64,000 nt of DNA from Alistipes sp. (GTDB taxonomy: Bacteria > Bacteroidota > Bacteroidia > Bacteroidales > Rikenellaceae), in the NCBI GenBank assembly GCA_045650235.1, contig JAZRQX010000023.1, positions 9,244-73,243 of the forward strand. Direction: 5' to 3'. This document shows, one piece after another, positions 29,491 through 39,820 of this stretch; position 1 is the stretch's first letter; each line of letters begins with the position of its first letter. Under the pieces are notes generated by a model. The model had not been told where the DNA came from. It saw nothing but the letters and a program-made list of their open reading frames with translations, and searched no databases. A program made the position numbers and the translations under genes.

Positions 29491-30843
29491 TTATGATGCA
29501 AAGGCACGAGCCACCACCTGAGCGTGCTGGTGCTTATCAATCTTGATATACTTCATAAAATTCGCCTCGGTAGTATGACCCGTAATCGCCATAATCGAGA
29601 TTGGCGGTATGCCCTTCAGATACATATTCGTGGCGAATGACCTACGGGCGGTGTGATTCATCAAAAAATCCGCTTTAGTTCCGCTCTTAACAACGCTCTT
29701 GCCTCCCTGCACACGTGAGAGTGTGGTATGTTCATCCAATCCCGCCCATCTTGCACACTGACGGATTTGGAACAGTGTGTGAGTTTTATCCACGACTTTA
29801 GGGAATTTTCGTCCGTACTTCTCGTAAATCTCTTTTACGAAGGGGTGCAAAGGGATTACAACCGTCTTGTTGGTTTTGCGGGTGTGGACGGTCATCGTGT
29901 CGCCAACGATTTGAATCTTTGATAGGTCTTTCCAATCTCCGAAGCGCAGCCCCGTCCAACAAGCAACAACAAACATATCTCTCGTCTCCTCAATTCGCTG
30001 TCGAGGGTCAATCTGCGACCTCAACTCTTCGCTATTGAAGTCGAGGCGGTAGATTCGCTCAATCTCCTCCTCAGTCAAATAGATGTTCTCAACATCGTGA
30101 ACCTTTGTTGTCCATCGGTGGAAATGCTTATCAGTTATAAGCCCCTCCATCTCGGCCTCCGAAAGCCACACCTTCATTATTGAGTTTTGGCTGGCAATGG
30201 TATTGGCACTATACTCCTTATCCTGCATCCACGCCGTAAATCTTTCCTCAAAACGGGCGTTAAAGAGTTCCCACGCCAACCCCAATCGCTCCTCCTCACA
30301 AAAGAGCGACAATCGGTGAAGGGCGTTTTTGTGGTTATACACTGTGCCTGAAACAATTCTTCGTTGAGTGTCTCGATTTGTCATTCTAGCCTTGCGCTTG
30401 ATATAATCCTCAATGAAGTCTTTGGGATTCTTGCGGATTTGTGCCTCTACACCACGAATCTTACACTCGATTATACGCTTGAAATTCTCGGCCGAATGTT
30501 CTACGGGCTCGCTCATCAAATCTTGACGGGAAACAATCTCACCATACTCTTTGCAATACTTTAGAATATTTCGGAGTTCGGCGTTGATGCGCTCATTTTG
30601 CTCATTGACTACACGGCTAAGATGCGTGCCCGTGATGGCACACTCACCGACCTCGGAACGGGTAGTGCGTTTCCAATACTCTTGCTCGATAAGTAGCCCC
30701 GTGTAGACTCTCACGCGCTTTCCATTGATAGTTGTCGTCAGCCAAATCTGACTCTTCTTGCTGCCTACATTTGCGAGGCTCTTTAAGTTGAAGTTCACAC
30801 GCATTGCGAACTTGTTGTCGATGTTAATCTGATTTTCCACCAT
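29491..30843 (-). CDS. Bacteroidota arm-type tyrosine integrase
   Basis: Arm-binding N-terminus; SAM-like middle; TGLRFGD, HTARRSF, TGH, KYI. Confidence 0.93.
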   Translation of the reverse strand: MVENQINIDNKFAMRVNFNLKSLANVGSKKSQIWLTTTINGKRVRVYTGLLIEQEYWKRTTRSEVGECAITGTHLSRVVNEQNERINAELRNILKYCKEYGEIVSRQDLMSEPVEHSAENFKRIIECKIRGVEAQIRKNPKDFIEDYIKRKARMTNRDTQRRIVSGTVYNHKNALHRLSLFCEEERLGLAWELFNARFEERFTAWMQDKEYSANTIASQNSIMKVWLSEAEMEGLITDKHFHRWTTKVHDVENIYLTEEEIERIYRLDFNSEELRSQIDPRQRIEETRDMFVVACWTGLRFGDWKDLSKIQIVGDTMTVHTRKTNKTVVIPLHPFVKEIYEKYGRKFPKVVDKTHTLFQIRQCARWAGLDEHTTLSRVQGGKSVVKSGTKADFLMNHTARRSFATNMYLKGIPPISIMAITGHTTEANFMKYIKIDKHQHAQVVARAFAS

Positions 30844-31159
30844 ACAATTAAAACTTTAAAATTTATAACTAAATTATTATCATCTACGCATACGCATATA
30901 CGCACAAAGCAGTATGCCCACATCTCGTGAGCGTAATCCATAATCATAGTTTTAATTGTGTGTTAGTGAATGAACCCTAAAATAGCCAGAACGGACTATT
31001 TTTCCGATTCAGTGCAAAGATATAAACTTTATTTTTAAAAACCAAATAAATATAGAATTATTTTGTAAATATTTTAATATTATAATATAGGTACGACTAA
31101 AATTAAAATATCTACCAAATATCTCTGCTTTATCGGTCTTCCACCTTTTGCCTTTTGCA

Positions 31160-31183
31160 CTGGTGTCAAAAACTGGTGTCAAT
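31160..31183 (+). repeat. Putative integrase arm-type sites (guaA end)
   Basis: CTGGTGTCAAA / CTGGTGTCAAT with 13-bp period. Confidence 0.75.
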
Positions 31184-31318
31184 TCCCCAAAATAACATAC
31201 GCTCACGTAAAACCTTGCAATCGGCTGGGAATCAACATTAGTTATTGATTATAAATAAAATAGCCTCCACTTACTCGAAGTGAAGGCTATCTCAAAACCC
31301 CTTAAAAAGGGTTGTATT

Positions 31319-32626
31319 TTATTCCCATTCGATTGTCGCTGAGGGTTTGGGTGACATATCGTAGCAGACGCGATTGACGGTGGGAACCTCGTCGAGGATG
31401 CGCTTGGTGATGCGATCCAAAATCTCCCAGTCGATGTGCTCGATAGTAGCCGTCATTGCGTCGATGGTATTCACGGCGCGGATGATTACGGGCCAGTCGT
31501 ACGAACGAGCATTGTTGCGCACACCTACTGACTTGAAGTCGGGCACAACGGTGAAGTACTGCCATACCTTCTTATCCAGACCAGCCTTTGCGAACTCCTC
31601 GCGAAGGATAGCGTCGCTCTCGCGCACTGCCTCCAGACGGTCGCGTGTGATAGCGCCGAGGCAACGTACACCCAAGCCCGGACCGGGGAACGGCTGGCGG
31701 TAAACCATCTCGTAGGGCAAGCCAAGCTCAACACCGCAAGCGCGAACCTCGTCCTTGAAGAGCTGCTTCAAAGGCTCAACCAAACCGAACTTCATATCCT
31801 CTGGAAGACCACCCACGTTGTGGTGCGACTTAACCATCTTGGCAGTCTTGGTGCCGCTCTCGACGATATCGGGATAGATCGTACCCTGACCAAGGAAGTC
31901 GATGCCATCGAGCTTGCGGGCCTCCTCCTCGAATACGCGGATGAACTCCGAGCCGATGATCTTACGCTTCTGCTCGGGATCCTCAACGCCCTCCAACTTC
32001 GAGAGGAAGCGGTCCGTAGCATCAACATATACAAGGTTAGCGCAGAGCTGGTTGCGGAATACCTCGACAACATTCTCCGACTCACCCTTACGCATCAGGC
32101 CGTGGTTAACGTGTACGCAAACCAAGTTCTCGCCGATAGCCTTCAACAGCAACGCTGCAACAACCGATGAGTCAACACCACCCGAGAGCGCCAGCAAAAC
32201 CTTCTTGTCGCCCACCTGCTGGCGGATAAGCTCCACCTGGTCGGCAACGAAGTTCTTCATATTCCAGTTGGCCTCGGCCTTGCAAGTATCGAATACGAAC
32301 GAGCGAACGGCTGTCTTGATAGCCTCCTCGTCGTCGGTGAACTGTGCCATCTTAACCTCGCACTGTGCCTTGTCGTGGCCAGCTGCGATTACGGGCAGAC
32401 CTGCCTCGTAGATCTCGGGCATAACGTCAATCTCAACGCCGTCGATTACGTTGTTGGGGCCACCGTTGATGATTACGCCCTTCACGCCCGGCAACGCCTT
32501 AAGCTCGGCGGCAGTGATGTCGTGGGGGTAGATCTCGCTATATACGCCCAACGCACGGATGGCTCGGGCCAGCACGGTATTCTCGTGGCTACCCAAGTCC
32601 AAAATAACAATCATATCCTGTTTCAT
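31319..32626 (-). CDS. guaA: GMP synthase with shortened, degenerate glutaminase domain
   Basis: LSGGVDS, KSHHNVGG, PFPGPGL, KPSATIEWE; GATase Cys/His-Pro-Glu motifs missing. Confidence 0.93.
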   Translation of the reverse strand: MKQDMIVILDLGSHENTVLARAIRALGVYSEIYPHDITAAELKALPGVKGVIINGGPNNVIDGVEIDVMPEIYEAGLPVIAAGHDKAQCEVKMAQFTDDEEAIKTAVRSFVFDTCKAEANWNMKNFVADQVELIRQQVGDKKVLLALSGGVDSSVVAALLLKAIGENLVCVHVNHGLMRKGESENVVEVFRNQLCANLVYVDATDRFLSKLEGVEDPEQKRKIIGSEFIRVFEEEARKLDGIDFLGQGTIYPDIVESGTKTAKMVKSHHNVGGLPEDMKFGLVEPLKQLFKDEVRACGVELGLPYEMVYRQPFPGPGLGVRCLGAITRDRLEAVRESDAILREEFAKAGLDKKVWQYFTVVPDFKSVGVRNNARSYDWPVIIRAVNTIDAMTATIEHIDWEILDRITKRILDEVPTVNRVCYDMSPKPSATIEWE

Positions 32627-32703
32627 TGTCTTATATAATTTTGAATTCTTAATTTTTAATCAAAGAAGCTCGCCCGCTATAGTGCGTGGCGAGCTTCATA
32701 TTG

Positions 32704-34176
32704 TTACTCTCCGCGAGTGTAGTTAGGAGTCTCGCGTGTAATCGTGATGTCGTGCGGATGGTTCTCAACAACACCGTTTGAGGTGATGCGTACGAACTTA
32801 GCCTTCTGCAATGCGGGGATGGTCTGCGCGCCGCAGTAACCCATACCCGAGCGGATACCACCAACGAGCTGATAAACCGTCTCGCTGAGTGAACCCTTGA
32901 ACGGTACGCGACCTACGATACCCTCGGGAACGAGCTTCATATCGTTCTTCTCGCCACCCTGGAAGTAGCGGTCTGATGAGCCAGCCTTCATAGCGTCGAT
33001 AGAGCCCATACCGCGGTAGGTCTTAAACTTACGACCGTTATAGATGATAGTCTCGCCGGGAGACTCCTCCGTACCTGCAAACATTGAACCAACCATCACG
33101 CAGTCGCCACCAGCAGCCAGAGCCTTCACGCAGTCGCCCGAGTAGCGCAAGCCACCGTCGGCAATGATAGGCACGCCGCTACCCTTGATAGCCGATGCAC
33201 AATCGTAAATAGCCGAGAGCTGCGGCACACCCACACCAGCGATGATACGCGTGGTACAGATCGAGCCGGGGCCGATACCGACCTTCACTCCGTCGGCACC
33301 ATTCTCCACAAGATACTTAGCCGCCTCAGCCGTTGCGATGTTACCCACCACTACGTCCAGCTCGGGGAAGTGGCTCTTGATGGTGCGCAACATATTTACG
33401 ATATTCTTTGAGTGACCGTGAGCCGAATCCAGCACAACGGCATCAACGCCCTCAGCCACCAAAGCCTTCACGCGATCGAGCGAGTCGGGAGTTACGCCCA
33501 CGCCGGCTGCTACACGCAGACGACCCTTCGAGTCCTTGCAGGCGTTGGGGTGATCCTGAACCTTGGTGATATCTTTATAGGTGATAAGTCCGATAAGACG
33601 GCCGTTGTCGTCAACCACGGGCAACTTCTCAATCTTGTTCGAGAGAAGAATCTCCGAAGCCTTCTCCAGCTCGGTTGAGTGGGTGGTTACGATATTATCC
33701 TTGGTCATCACCTCCTCGATGCGACGATCCATATCGCGCTGGAAGCGCAGGTCGCGGTTGGTGACAATACCGATGAGCATATTATCGGGATCCACAACGG
33801 GAATACCGCCGATCTTATTGTCGTGCATCAGCTGCAGGGCATCGCCCACGGTCTGATCCTTCGAGATGGTGATAGGATCGTAGATCATACCGCTCTCGGC
33901 ACGCTTCACACGACGAACGTGAGCAGCCTGCTCGGCAATCGACATATTCTTATGGATAACACCGATACCACCCTCGCGCGCCAGAGCGATAGCGAGTTTG
34001 GCCTCCGTTACGGTATCCATAGCGGCCGAAACAATGGGTATGTTCAACTTGATATTACGCGAAAAACGGGTCTCGGTAGAGACTGTACGCGGCAACACTT
34101 CTGAGTAGGCGGGTACGAGCAACACATCGTCGAAGGTGAGGCCCATCGATTGTACCCTTTCATCTATGAACGACAT
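32704..34176 (-). CDS. guaB: IMP dehydrogenase
   Basis: [11 protein letters not shown] pair, [17 protein letters not shown]. Confidence 0.97.
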   Translation of the reverse strand: MSFIDERVQSMGLTFDDVLLVPAYSEVLPRTVSTETRFSRNIKLNIPIVSAAMDTVTEAKLAIALAREGGIGVIHKNMSIAEQAAHVRRVKRAESGMIYDPITISKDQTVGDALQLMHDNKIGGIPVVDPDNMLIGIVTNRDLRFQRDMDRRIEEVMTKDNIVTTHSTELEKASEILLSNKIEKLPVVDDNGRLIGLITYKDITKVQDHPNACKDSKGRLRVAAGVGVTPDSLDRVKALVAEGVDAVVLDSAHGHSKNIVNMLRTIKSHFPELDVVVGNIATAEAAKYLVENGADGVKVGIGPGSICTTRIIAGVGVPQLSAIYDCASAIKGSGVPIIADGGLRYSGDCVKALAAGGDCVMVGSMFAGTEESPGETIIYNGRKFKTYRGMGSIDAMKAGSSDRYFQGGEKNDMKLVPEGIVGRVPFKGSLSETVYQLVGGIRSGMGYCGAQTIPALQKAKFVRITSNGVVENHPHDITITRETPNYTRGE

Positions 34177-34199
34177 ATATCTTGGGGTTTTGTTGCGCA

Positions 34200-34247
34200 C
34201 AAAGTTACGCAATAGAATTCAAAATGCAAAATGCAAAATGCAAAATT
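34200..34247 (-). promoter_or_regulatory. guaB promoter overlapping a heptamer array
   Basis: TAACTTTG at 34200-34207 with TTTG 19 nt upstream, supplied by (TTTTGCA)n. Confidence 0.7.
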
Positions 34248-34361
34248 CTGTAAAAAAATCTCTCCAACAATCATCGTGGGGAGAAGGTGCTCGCTTCGAC
34301 TGCCGCCCATAGCATCCGAGAGCAGGAACAGCGGGCGGTTGCAAATCACCCCTCAGGGGTG

Positions 34362-35225
34362 TTAGAATGAACGAATCCACTCGATCATAGCCTGCTGCCA
34401 CAGCGGCTTGAATGCCACATCGTCGTGCATACAGAAGCCGTGATAGCCTCCGGGGAAGATGTGCAGCGAGGCTCTGACGCCGTGCTTGCGCAGGGCGTTG
34501 TAGTAGCGCGTGCTGCTTATGGTGGGAACGAGCGTATCGTTGTCCGAGGTAAGAATCAACGTCGGGGGTGTGAGCTTATTCACGCGTGTCTCCATCGAGT
34601 ACTCGGCACGCTCGTAAGCCGTTGCCTCCTTGCCGAGCAGATGGTCGAACGAACCCTTATGGCAGAGTCCCTCCTGGCCCGTGATGACGGGGTAGAACAT
34701 CACCGCGAAGGCGGGACGATCGGCTATGGGAGCAAAGTTCGAGGTGTAGGCCGTCAGGTGACCACCGGCCGATGAGCCCATCATACCCACCTTCGCGGGG
34801 TCGAACTTAAGCTCCTGCGCCATCTTACGCATCGTGCGCAGCGCCTCGGTGGTATCCTCCAGCGGAATCTCCTTGTGGCCGTTGGGCAGGCGGTACTTCA
34901 GCACGCCACACGTCACACCCTGCGATGCCAGCCACTTGGCAACCTTATATCCCTCCCACTCGATGCAGACCGACGAGTAGCCGCCACCCGGGCAGACCAG
35001 CATCGCGTGGCCGGTAGCCTTTGCGGGGTCGGCCTTGAAGATGTAGAGAACGGTCTCGGTGGTATTGACAATGACGTTATTTGTCGAGGTCTCGGCTGCG
35101 GTGATCTCGTTTGAGTGGGGAGCCGTAGTGTTGTCCCAGATCTTGATGGTCATATCCTGACCATAATCCTGCGCCAAAGCGGGCAGTGCGCAGAGCAGGA
35201 ACAGAAGAGTAAAAAGGCGTTTCAT
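34362..35225 (-). CDS. Alpha/beta hydrolase (BD-FAE-like esterase)
   Basis: CPGGGY, GSSAGG, GYHGF. Confidence 0.88.
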   Translation of the reverse strand: MKRLFTLLFLLCALPALAQDYGQDMTIKIWDNTTAPHSNEITAAETSTNNVIVNTTETVLYIFKADPAKATGHAMLVCPGGGYSSVCIEWEGYKVAKWLASQGVTCGVLKYRLPNGHKEIPLEDTTEALRTMRKMAQELKFDPAKVGMMGSSAGGHLTAYTSNFAPIADRPAFAVMFYPVITGQEGLCHKGSFDHLLGKEATAYERAEYSMETRVNKLTPPTLILTSDNDTLVPTISSTRYYNALRKHGVRASLHIFPGGYHGFCMHDDVAFKPLWQQAMIEWIRSF

Positions 35226-35830
35226 TATTCTTTTTCTTTAAGTGTGAAGTTCTTTGCATTTATCATCCAGCTGCCGATGGCGTTACCCACCAGCGCGATA
35301 GCCGTAATTCGCAGAGCATCAGCGCCCCACTCGCCCGCAAGCGAGAGGTAGAACATATTGGCGATGGAGTGCTCGAAGCCCGAGAGGATGAAGATCACGA
35401 TGGGCATTACAACGAAGAGCCACGACTTGGACTTGCGGTAGGAATCGACCGCCAGATACATCATCGCACCGCAACCAATCGAGAGCATCAGTACGCTCAG
35501 CGACGAGTCCTCAAGCTTGGGCGCAACGACGGCGGCGATATCCACCGTGTGGCGCGTCAGGGCAAAGCCGCGAGCCACGAGCCACGTTCCCACGAAGTTA
35601 CCTGCGATGGTGGTCAGGATGCTCGCCCAGCCCCACTCGCGGAAGTAGCCGACGCGGCCCGTATAGAGGGCAAAGCCCTGACAGATGATTGTCAGCAGGC
35701 CGAACGAGAAGAGCAATGCTCCGACCATCTTATTGGCGCACATCAGGTAGATCACGCCTCCGAAGCCGATCATAATGCCGGCAAGGGTGGCAAGCGAGAA
35801 GGTGTTTATGAGTTTTCTGTTCATTTTCAT
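35225..35830 (-). CDS. Formate/nitrite transporter family protein
   Basis: LYTG, GNFVG, FEHSIANM, GNAIG. Confidence 0.88.
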   Translation of the reverse strand: MKMNRKLINTFSLATLAGIMIGFGGVIYLMCANKMVGALLFSFGLLTIICQGFALYTGRVGYFREWGWASILTTIAGNFVGTWLVARGFALTRHTVDIAAVVAPKLEDSSLSVLMLSIGCGAMMYLAVDSYRKSKSWLFVVMPIVIFILSGFEHSIANMFYLSLAGEWGADALRITAIALVGNAIGSWMINAKNFTLKEKE

Positions 35831-36006
35831 CTTAAGGTTGGCTCTGTACTACCCGTGCGGGCGGCAAATTCACACAAAGATAATACGATTTTCAGACAAT
35901 CGAAAAAAAATTCATTATCTTTGTCTTTTGAATCGCACGCGCGAGGCCCTCGCCCCCGCGCGCGACGGAGCCAAAACGAAATCGAAAACAAAAACAAAAT
36001 ACAACT

Positions 36007-38760
36007 ATGGAGTACAATTTCAAGTCGATCGAGAGCAAGTGGCAAAAGCTCTGGCAGGATCGCAAGACCTATCACGTCGAGGTTGACCCCTCACGTCCCA
36101 AATTCTATGTTCTGGATATGTTCCCCTACCCCTCGGGCGCAGGTCTGCACGTCGGACACCCGCTGGGTTACATCGCATCGGACATCTACTCGCGCTACAA
36201 GCGTCTGTGCGGCTTCAACGTGCTGCACCCGATGGGTTACGATGCCTTCGGCCTTCCCGCCGAGCAGTATGCTATCCAGACAGGTCAGCACCCTGCTGTG
36301 ACGACCGAGCAGAACATCAACCGCTACCGCGAGCAGATGGATAAGATCGGTTTCTGCTACGACTGGGATCGTGAGGTACGCACTTGCGAGCCCGAGTACT
36401 ACCATTGGACTCAGTGGGCGTTCCTGAAGATGTACGACCACTACTACTCTTTCACCGAGCAGAAGGCCCGCCCCATTGCCGAACTGAAGGAGGCATTCTG
36501 CCACAGCGGTACCGAGGGCCTCAACGCCGCCTGCACTACGCCTATGACCTTCACCGCCGAGGAGTGGAACTCATACTCGGAGCGCGAGCAGGAGCAGGTG
36601 TTGCAGAATTACCGTCTGGCCTACCGCGCCGACACGATGGTGAACTGGTGCCCGCAGCTGGGTACCGTTCTGGCCAACGACGAGGTTAAGGACGGATTGT
36701 CGGTGCGTGGCGGTTTCCCCGTCGAGCAGAAGCGTATGAAGCAGTGGTCGCTGCGCGTTACGGCCTACGCACAGCGTATGCTGGACGGCTTGGAGCAGCT
36801 CGAGTGGAGCGACTCGCTGAAGGAGATCCAGCGCAACTGGATCGGCCGCTCGGAGGGTGCGCAGATGTTCTTCGACGTGAAGGACTCGGAGCGTAAGCTC
36901 GAGATCTTCACCACACGCCCCGACACCATCTTCGGTGTTACGTTTATGGTTATCGCCCCCGAGCACGAGTGGGTGGAGGAGCTGACAACAGAGGAGAACA
37001 AGGCTGCCGTGGAGGCTTACATCGAGCAGACCAAGAAGCGTTCGGAGCGTGAGCGTATCGCCGAGACTCGCCGCGTGAGCGGTGTGGCTACGGGATCATT
37101 CGCCATCAACCCCTTCACCGGCAAGGCTATTCCCATCTATATCTCCGACTATGTATTGGCAGGCTACGGTACGGGCGCAATTATGGCCGTTCCGGCGCAC
37201 GACTCGCGCGACTACGCCTTCGCACGCCACTTCGGTCTGGATATCGTTCCCGTTGTCGAGGGCGGCAACATCGAGGTGGAGTCGTATGACGCAAAGTCGG
37301 GCAAGATGATCAACTCGGACTTCCTCACAGGTATGGACGTCAAGGAGGCTATCCCCGCAATGTTTGCCGAGGTGGAGAAGCGCGGCTTGGGTAAGAAGCT
37401 CATCAACTACCGTCTGCGCGACGCTATCTTCTCGCGTCAGCGCTACTGGGGCGAGCCCTTCCCCGTATATTACAAGGGCGACACGGCATATCCCCTGCCC
37501 GAGAGCGAGTTGCCGCTGGAGCTGCCACCGATCGAGAACTTCGGCCCCACCGAGCAGGGTGAGCCGCCATTGGCTCGTGTCGAGGATTGGACCTACGAGG
37601 GTTATCAGCTGGAGCTCTCGACGATGCCCGGCTTCGCAGGCTCGTCGGCATACTACCTCCGCTATATGGATCCCCACAACTCGAAGGGCCTGGTATCGAA
37701 GGAGGCCAACGACTACTGGCGCAACGTCGATCTCTACATCGGCGGTATTGAGCACGCTACGGGCCACCTGATGTACTCACGTTTCTGGAATATGTTCCTC
37801 TACGATTTGGGTTATGTGTGCGAGTCGGAGCCCTTCAAGAAGCTCGTTAATCAGGGTATGATTCAGGGCCGCTCGAACTTTGTTTACCGCGTTGTAGGTA
37901 CAAACAAGTTCGTATCATTGGGTCTGAAGGGCGACTACGAGACACAGGAGATTCACGTTGATGTAAATATCGTCAAGAACGACCAGCTCGACCTTGACGC
38001 CTTCCGCGCTTGGCGTCCCGAGTTTAAGGATGCAGAGTTCATCCTCGAGGATGGCAAGTATGTCTGCGGCTGGGCTATTGAGAAGATGTCGAAGTCGATG
38101 TTCAACGTCGTAAATCCCGACCACATCGTCGAGAACTATGGTGCCGACACGCTGCGTATGTACGAGATGTTCCTCGGCCCGCTCGAGCAGTCGAAGCCGT
38201 GGGATACGAACGGTATTGACGGCGTACATAAGTTCCTGCGCAAGTTCTGGCGTCTGTTCTTCGACCGCGAGGGTGCTTTTGCCCTGACCGACGAGGCGGC
38301 AACTCCCGCCGAGCTCAAGTCGCTGCACAAGACCATCAAGAAGATTCGCGAGGATATCGAGAACTTCTCGTTCAACACCTCGGTTTCGGCCTTTATGATC
38401 TGTCTGAACGAGCTGGGCGCTTGCCACAAGCGCGAGATTCTGGAGCCGCTGACAATCCTTATCGCCCCCTTCGCACCGCACATTGCCGAGGAGTTGTGGG
38501 AGGCTATGGGCCACACGGAGACCATCTTCGATGCCGCTTACCCCACCTACGACGAGAAGTATCTGGTCGAGAGCTCATTCGAGTACCCCGTAATGGTGAA
38601 CGGCAAGCTGCGCTTCAAGCAGACCTATGCTCTGGATATGAACCCCGCAGAGATTCAGGCCGACATCGTCACCACCGAGGGCGCGCAGAAGTGGCTGGAG
38701 GGCAAGGCTCCGAAGAAGATTATCGTAGTAAAGGGTAAGATTATTAACATCGTAATGTAA
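36007..38760 (+). CDS. leuS: Leucine--tRNA ligase
   Basis: MFPYPSG, HVGH, TTRPDT editing motif, KMSKS. Confidence 0.98.
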   Translation: MEYNFKSIESKWQKLWQDRKTYHVEVDPSRPKFYVLDMFPYPSGAGLHVGHPLGYIASDIYSRYKRLCGFNVLHPMGYDAFGLPAEQYAIQTGQHPAVTTEQNINRYREQMDKIGFCYDWDREVRTCEPEYYHWTQWAFLKMYDHYYSFTEQKARPIAELKEAFCHSGTEGLNAACTTPMTFTAEEWNSYSEREQEQVLQNYRLAYRADTMVNWCPQLGTVLANDEVKDGLSVRGGFPVEQKRMKQWSLRVTAYAQRMLDGLEQLEWSDSLKEIQRNWIGRSEGAQMFFDVKDSERKLEIFTTRPDTIFGVTFMVIAPEHEWVEELTTEENKAAVEAYIEQTKKRSERERIAETRRVSGVATGSFAINPFTGKAIPIYISDYVLAGYGTGAIMAVPAHDSRDYAFARHFGLDIVPVVEGGNIEVESYDAKSGKMINSDFLTGMDVKEAIPAMFAEVEKRGLGKKLINYRLRDAIFSRQRYWGEPFPVYYKGDTAYPLPESELPLELPPIENFGPTEQGEPPLARVEDWTYEGYQLELSTMPGFAGSSAYYLRYMDPHNSKGLVSKEANDYWRNVDLYIGGIEHATGHLMYSRFWNMFLYDLGYVCESEPFKKLVNQGMIQGRSNFVYRVVGTNKFVSLGLKGDYETQEIHVDVNIVKNDQLDLDAFRAWRPEFKDAEFILEDGKYVCGWAIEKMSKSMFNVVNPDHIVENYGADTLRMYEMFLGPLEQSKPWDTNGIDGVHKFLRKFWRLFFDREGAFALTDEAATPAELKSLHKTIKKIREDIENFSFNTSVSAFMICLNELGACHKREILEPLTILIAPFAPHIAEELWEAMGHTETIFDAAYPTYDEKYLVESSFEYPVMVNGKLRFKQTYALDMNPAEIQADIVTTEGAQKWLEGKAPKKIIVVKGKIINIVM

Positions 38761-39647
38761 TGAAAAAGACCATTATGGCATTAGCCTTAACGCTTATGAC
38801 ACTCGCTGCCGGCGCGCAGACCAAAGTCGTAAAGTTGTGGGATAACCAATCGGCTCCCCACTCAAACAACCTCACCGGTCCGGAGAAGGATGAGGGACAG
38901 GTGCGCTACTCGAACACCACCGAGGCCGTACTCTACATCTTCGAGGCGAAGAAGAAGGTGGCCACGGGCCAGGCCGTAGTGATCTGCCCGGGTGGCGGAT
39001 ATGCTCTGGTGGCTATGGGCCACGAGGGTTTGGAGTACGGAGAGTGGTTGGCCGAGCAGGGTATCACGGCGGCCGTACTGAAGTACCGTATGCCCAACAA
39101 CACTCCGCAGGTACCGATGGAGGATGCTGCCGAGGCGTTGCGATATATGAAGGAGGATTTCAAGTCGAAGACACCCATCACCCAGCTCGGTATTATGGGC
39201 TTCTCGGCGGGAGGCCATCTGGCCGCTTCGACGGCTGTGGGCGTGCTGAAGGCCAATGGCGACGAGTCGCCTCGCGCCGCTATCCGCCCCGATTTTGCCG
39301 TTTTGTTCTACCCCGTAATCACCTCGGATGAGCTCTTTACCCACAAGGGAACCTACAACAACCTGCTGGGCACGGATCGCACCGAAGAGCTTTCGCGCAA
39401 GTGGTGTCCTCTGTATGTTGCGGGCGAGGATGCTCCCCCTGCGGTGATGTTCCTCTCGGATGATGATAAGACCGTACCGTCGCAGAACAGTACCTTCTTC
39501 TATAATAAGCTCAAGGAGCTTGGCAAGGAGGCATCGATCAGCATCTACCCCACGGGTGGTCACGGCTGGGGATTCCGCGACTCGCTCCCCTACAAGTCGC
39601 AGTGGCAGGAGTCGCTGCTGCAGTGGCTCAAGAGCATAAAGAAATAA
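38760..39647 (+). CDS. Alpha/beta hydrolase (BD-FAE-like), paralog of 34362-35225
   Basis: CPGGGY, GFSAGG, GGHGW. Confidence 0.88.
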   Translation: MKKTIMALALTLMTLAAGAQTKVVKLWDNQSAPHSNNLTGPEKDEGQVRYSNTTEAVLYIFEAKKKVATGQAVVICPGGGYALVAMGHEGLEYGEWLAEQGITAAVLKYRMPNNTPQVPMEDAAEALRYMKEDFKSKTPITQLGIMGFSAGGHLAASTAVGVLKANGDESPRAAIRPDFAVLFYPVITSDELFTHKGTYNNLLGTDRTEELSRKWCPLYVAGEDAPPAVMFLSDDDKTVPSQNSTFFYNKLKELGKEASISIYPTGGHGWGFRDSLPYKSQWQESLLQWLKSIKK

Positions 39648-39648
39648 C

Positions 39649-39679
39649 AAAAAAGCCTGTCCGAAAGACAGGCTTTTTT
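39649..39679. terminator. Bidirectional terminator
   Basis: AAAAAGCCTGTC-cgaaa-GACAGGCTTTTTT. Confidence 0.8.
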
Positions 39680-39705
39680 CTATAAACTTCACCTTAAAAA
39701 TTGTA

Positions 39706-39809
39706 TAACAAGAGCTATTTTGAGGCTGATCGAAGGCCGAGAAACCGCAGTTTGCTGGGCGCAAATGAGGATTTCGAGGACGAGCCAGACGCCAAAAGAG
39801 CCTTGTTAG
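39706..39809. repeat. Foldback repeat family B (REP/MITE-like)
   Basis: TAACAAG...CTTGTTA ends; partial copies at 11175-11213, 7854-7881 (inverted) and 50294-50309. Confidence 0.7.
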
Positions 39810-39820
39810 ACGATTTTTTA

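Larger units (their letters stand above)
23458..31334. mobile_element. Integrative element inserted at the guaA 3' end
   Basis: TTATTCCCACTCGATT (23458-23473) vs TTATTCCCATTCGATT (31319-31334), both encoding IEWE*; integrase next to guaA; lower GC. Confidence 0.92.

Noticed and set aside
30885-30904. TACGCA repeated three times upstream of the integrase
   Set aside because: Too short to assign a function without homolog comparison
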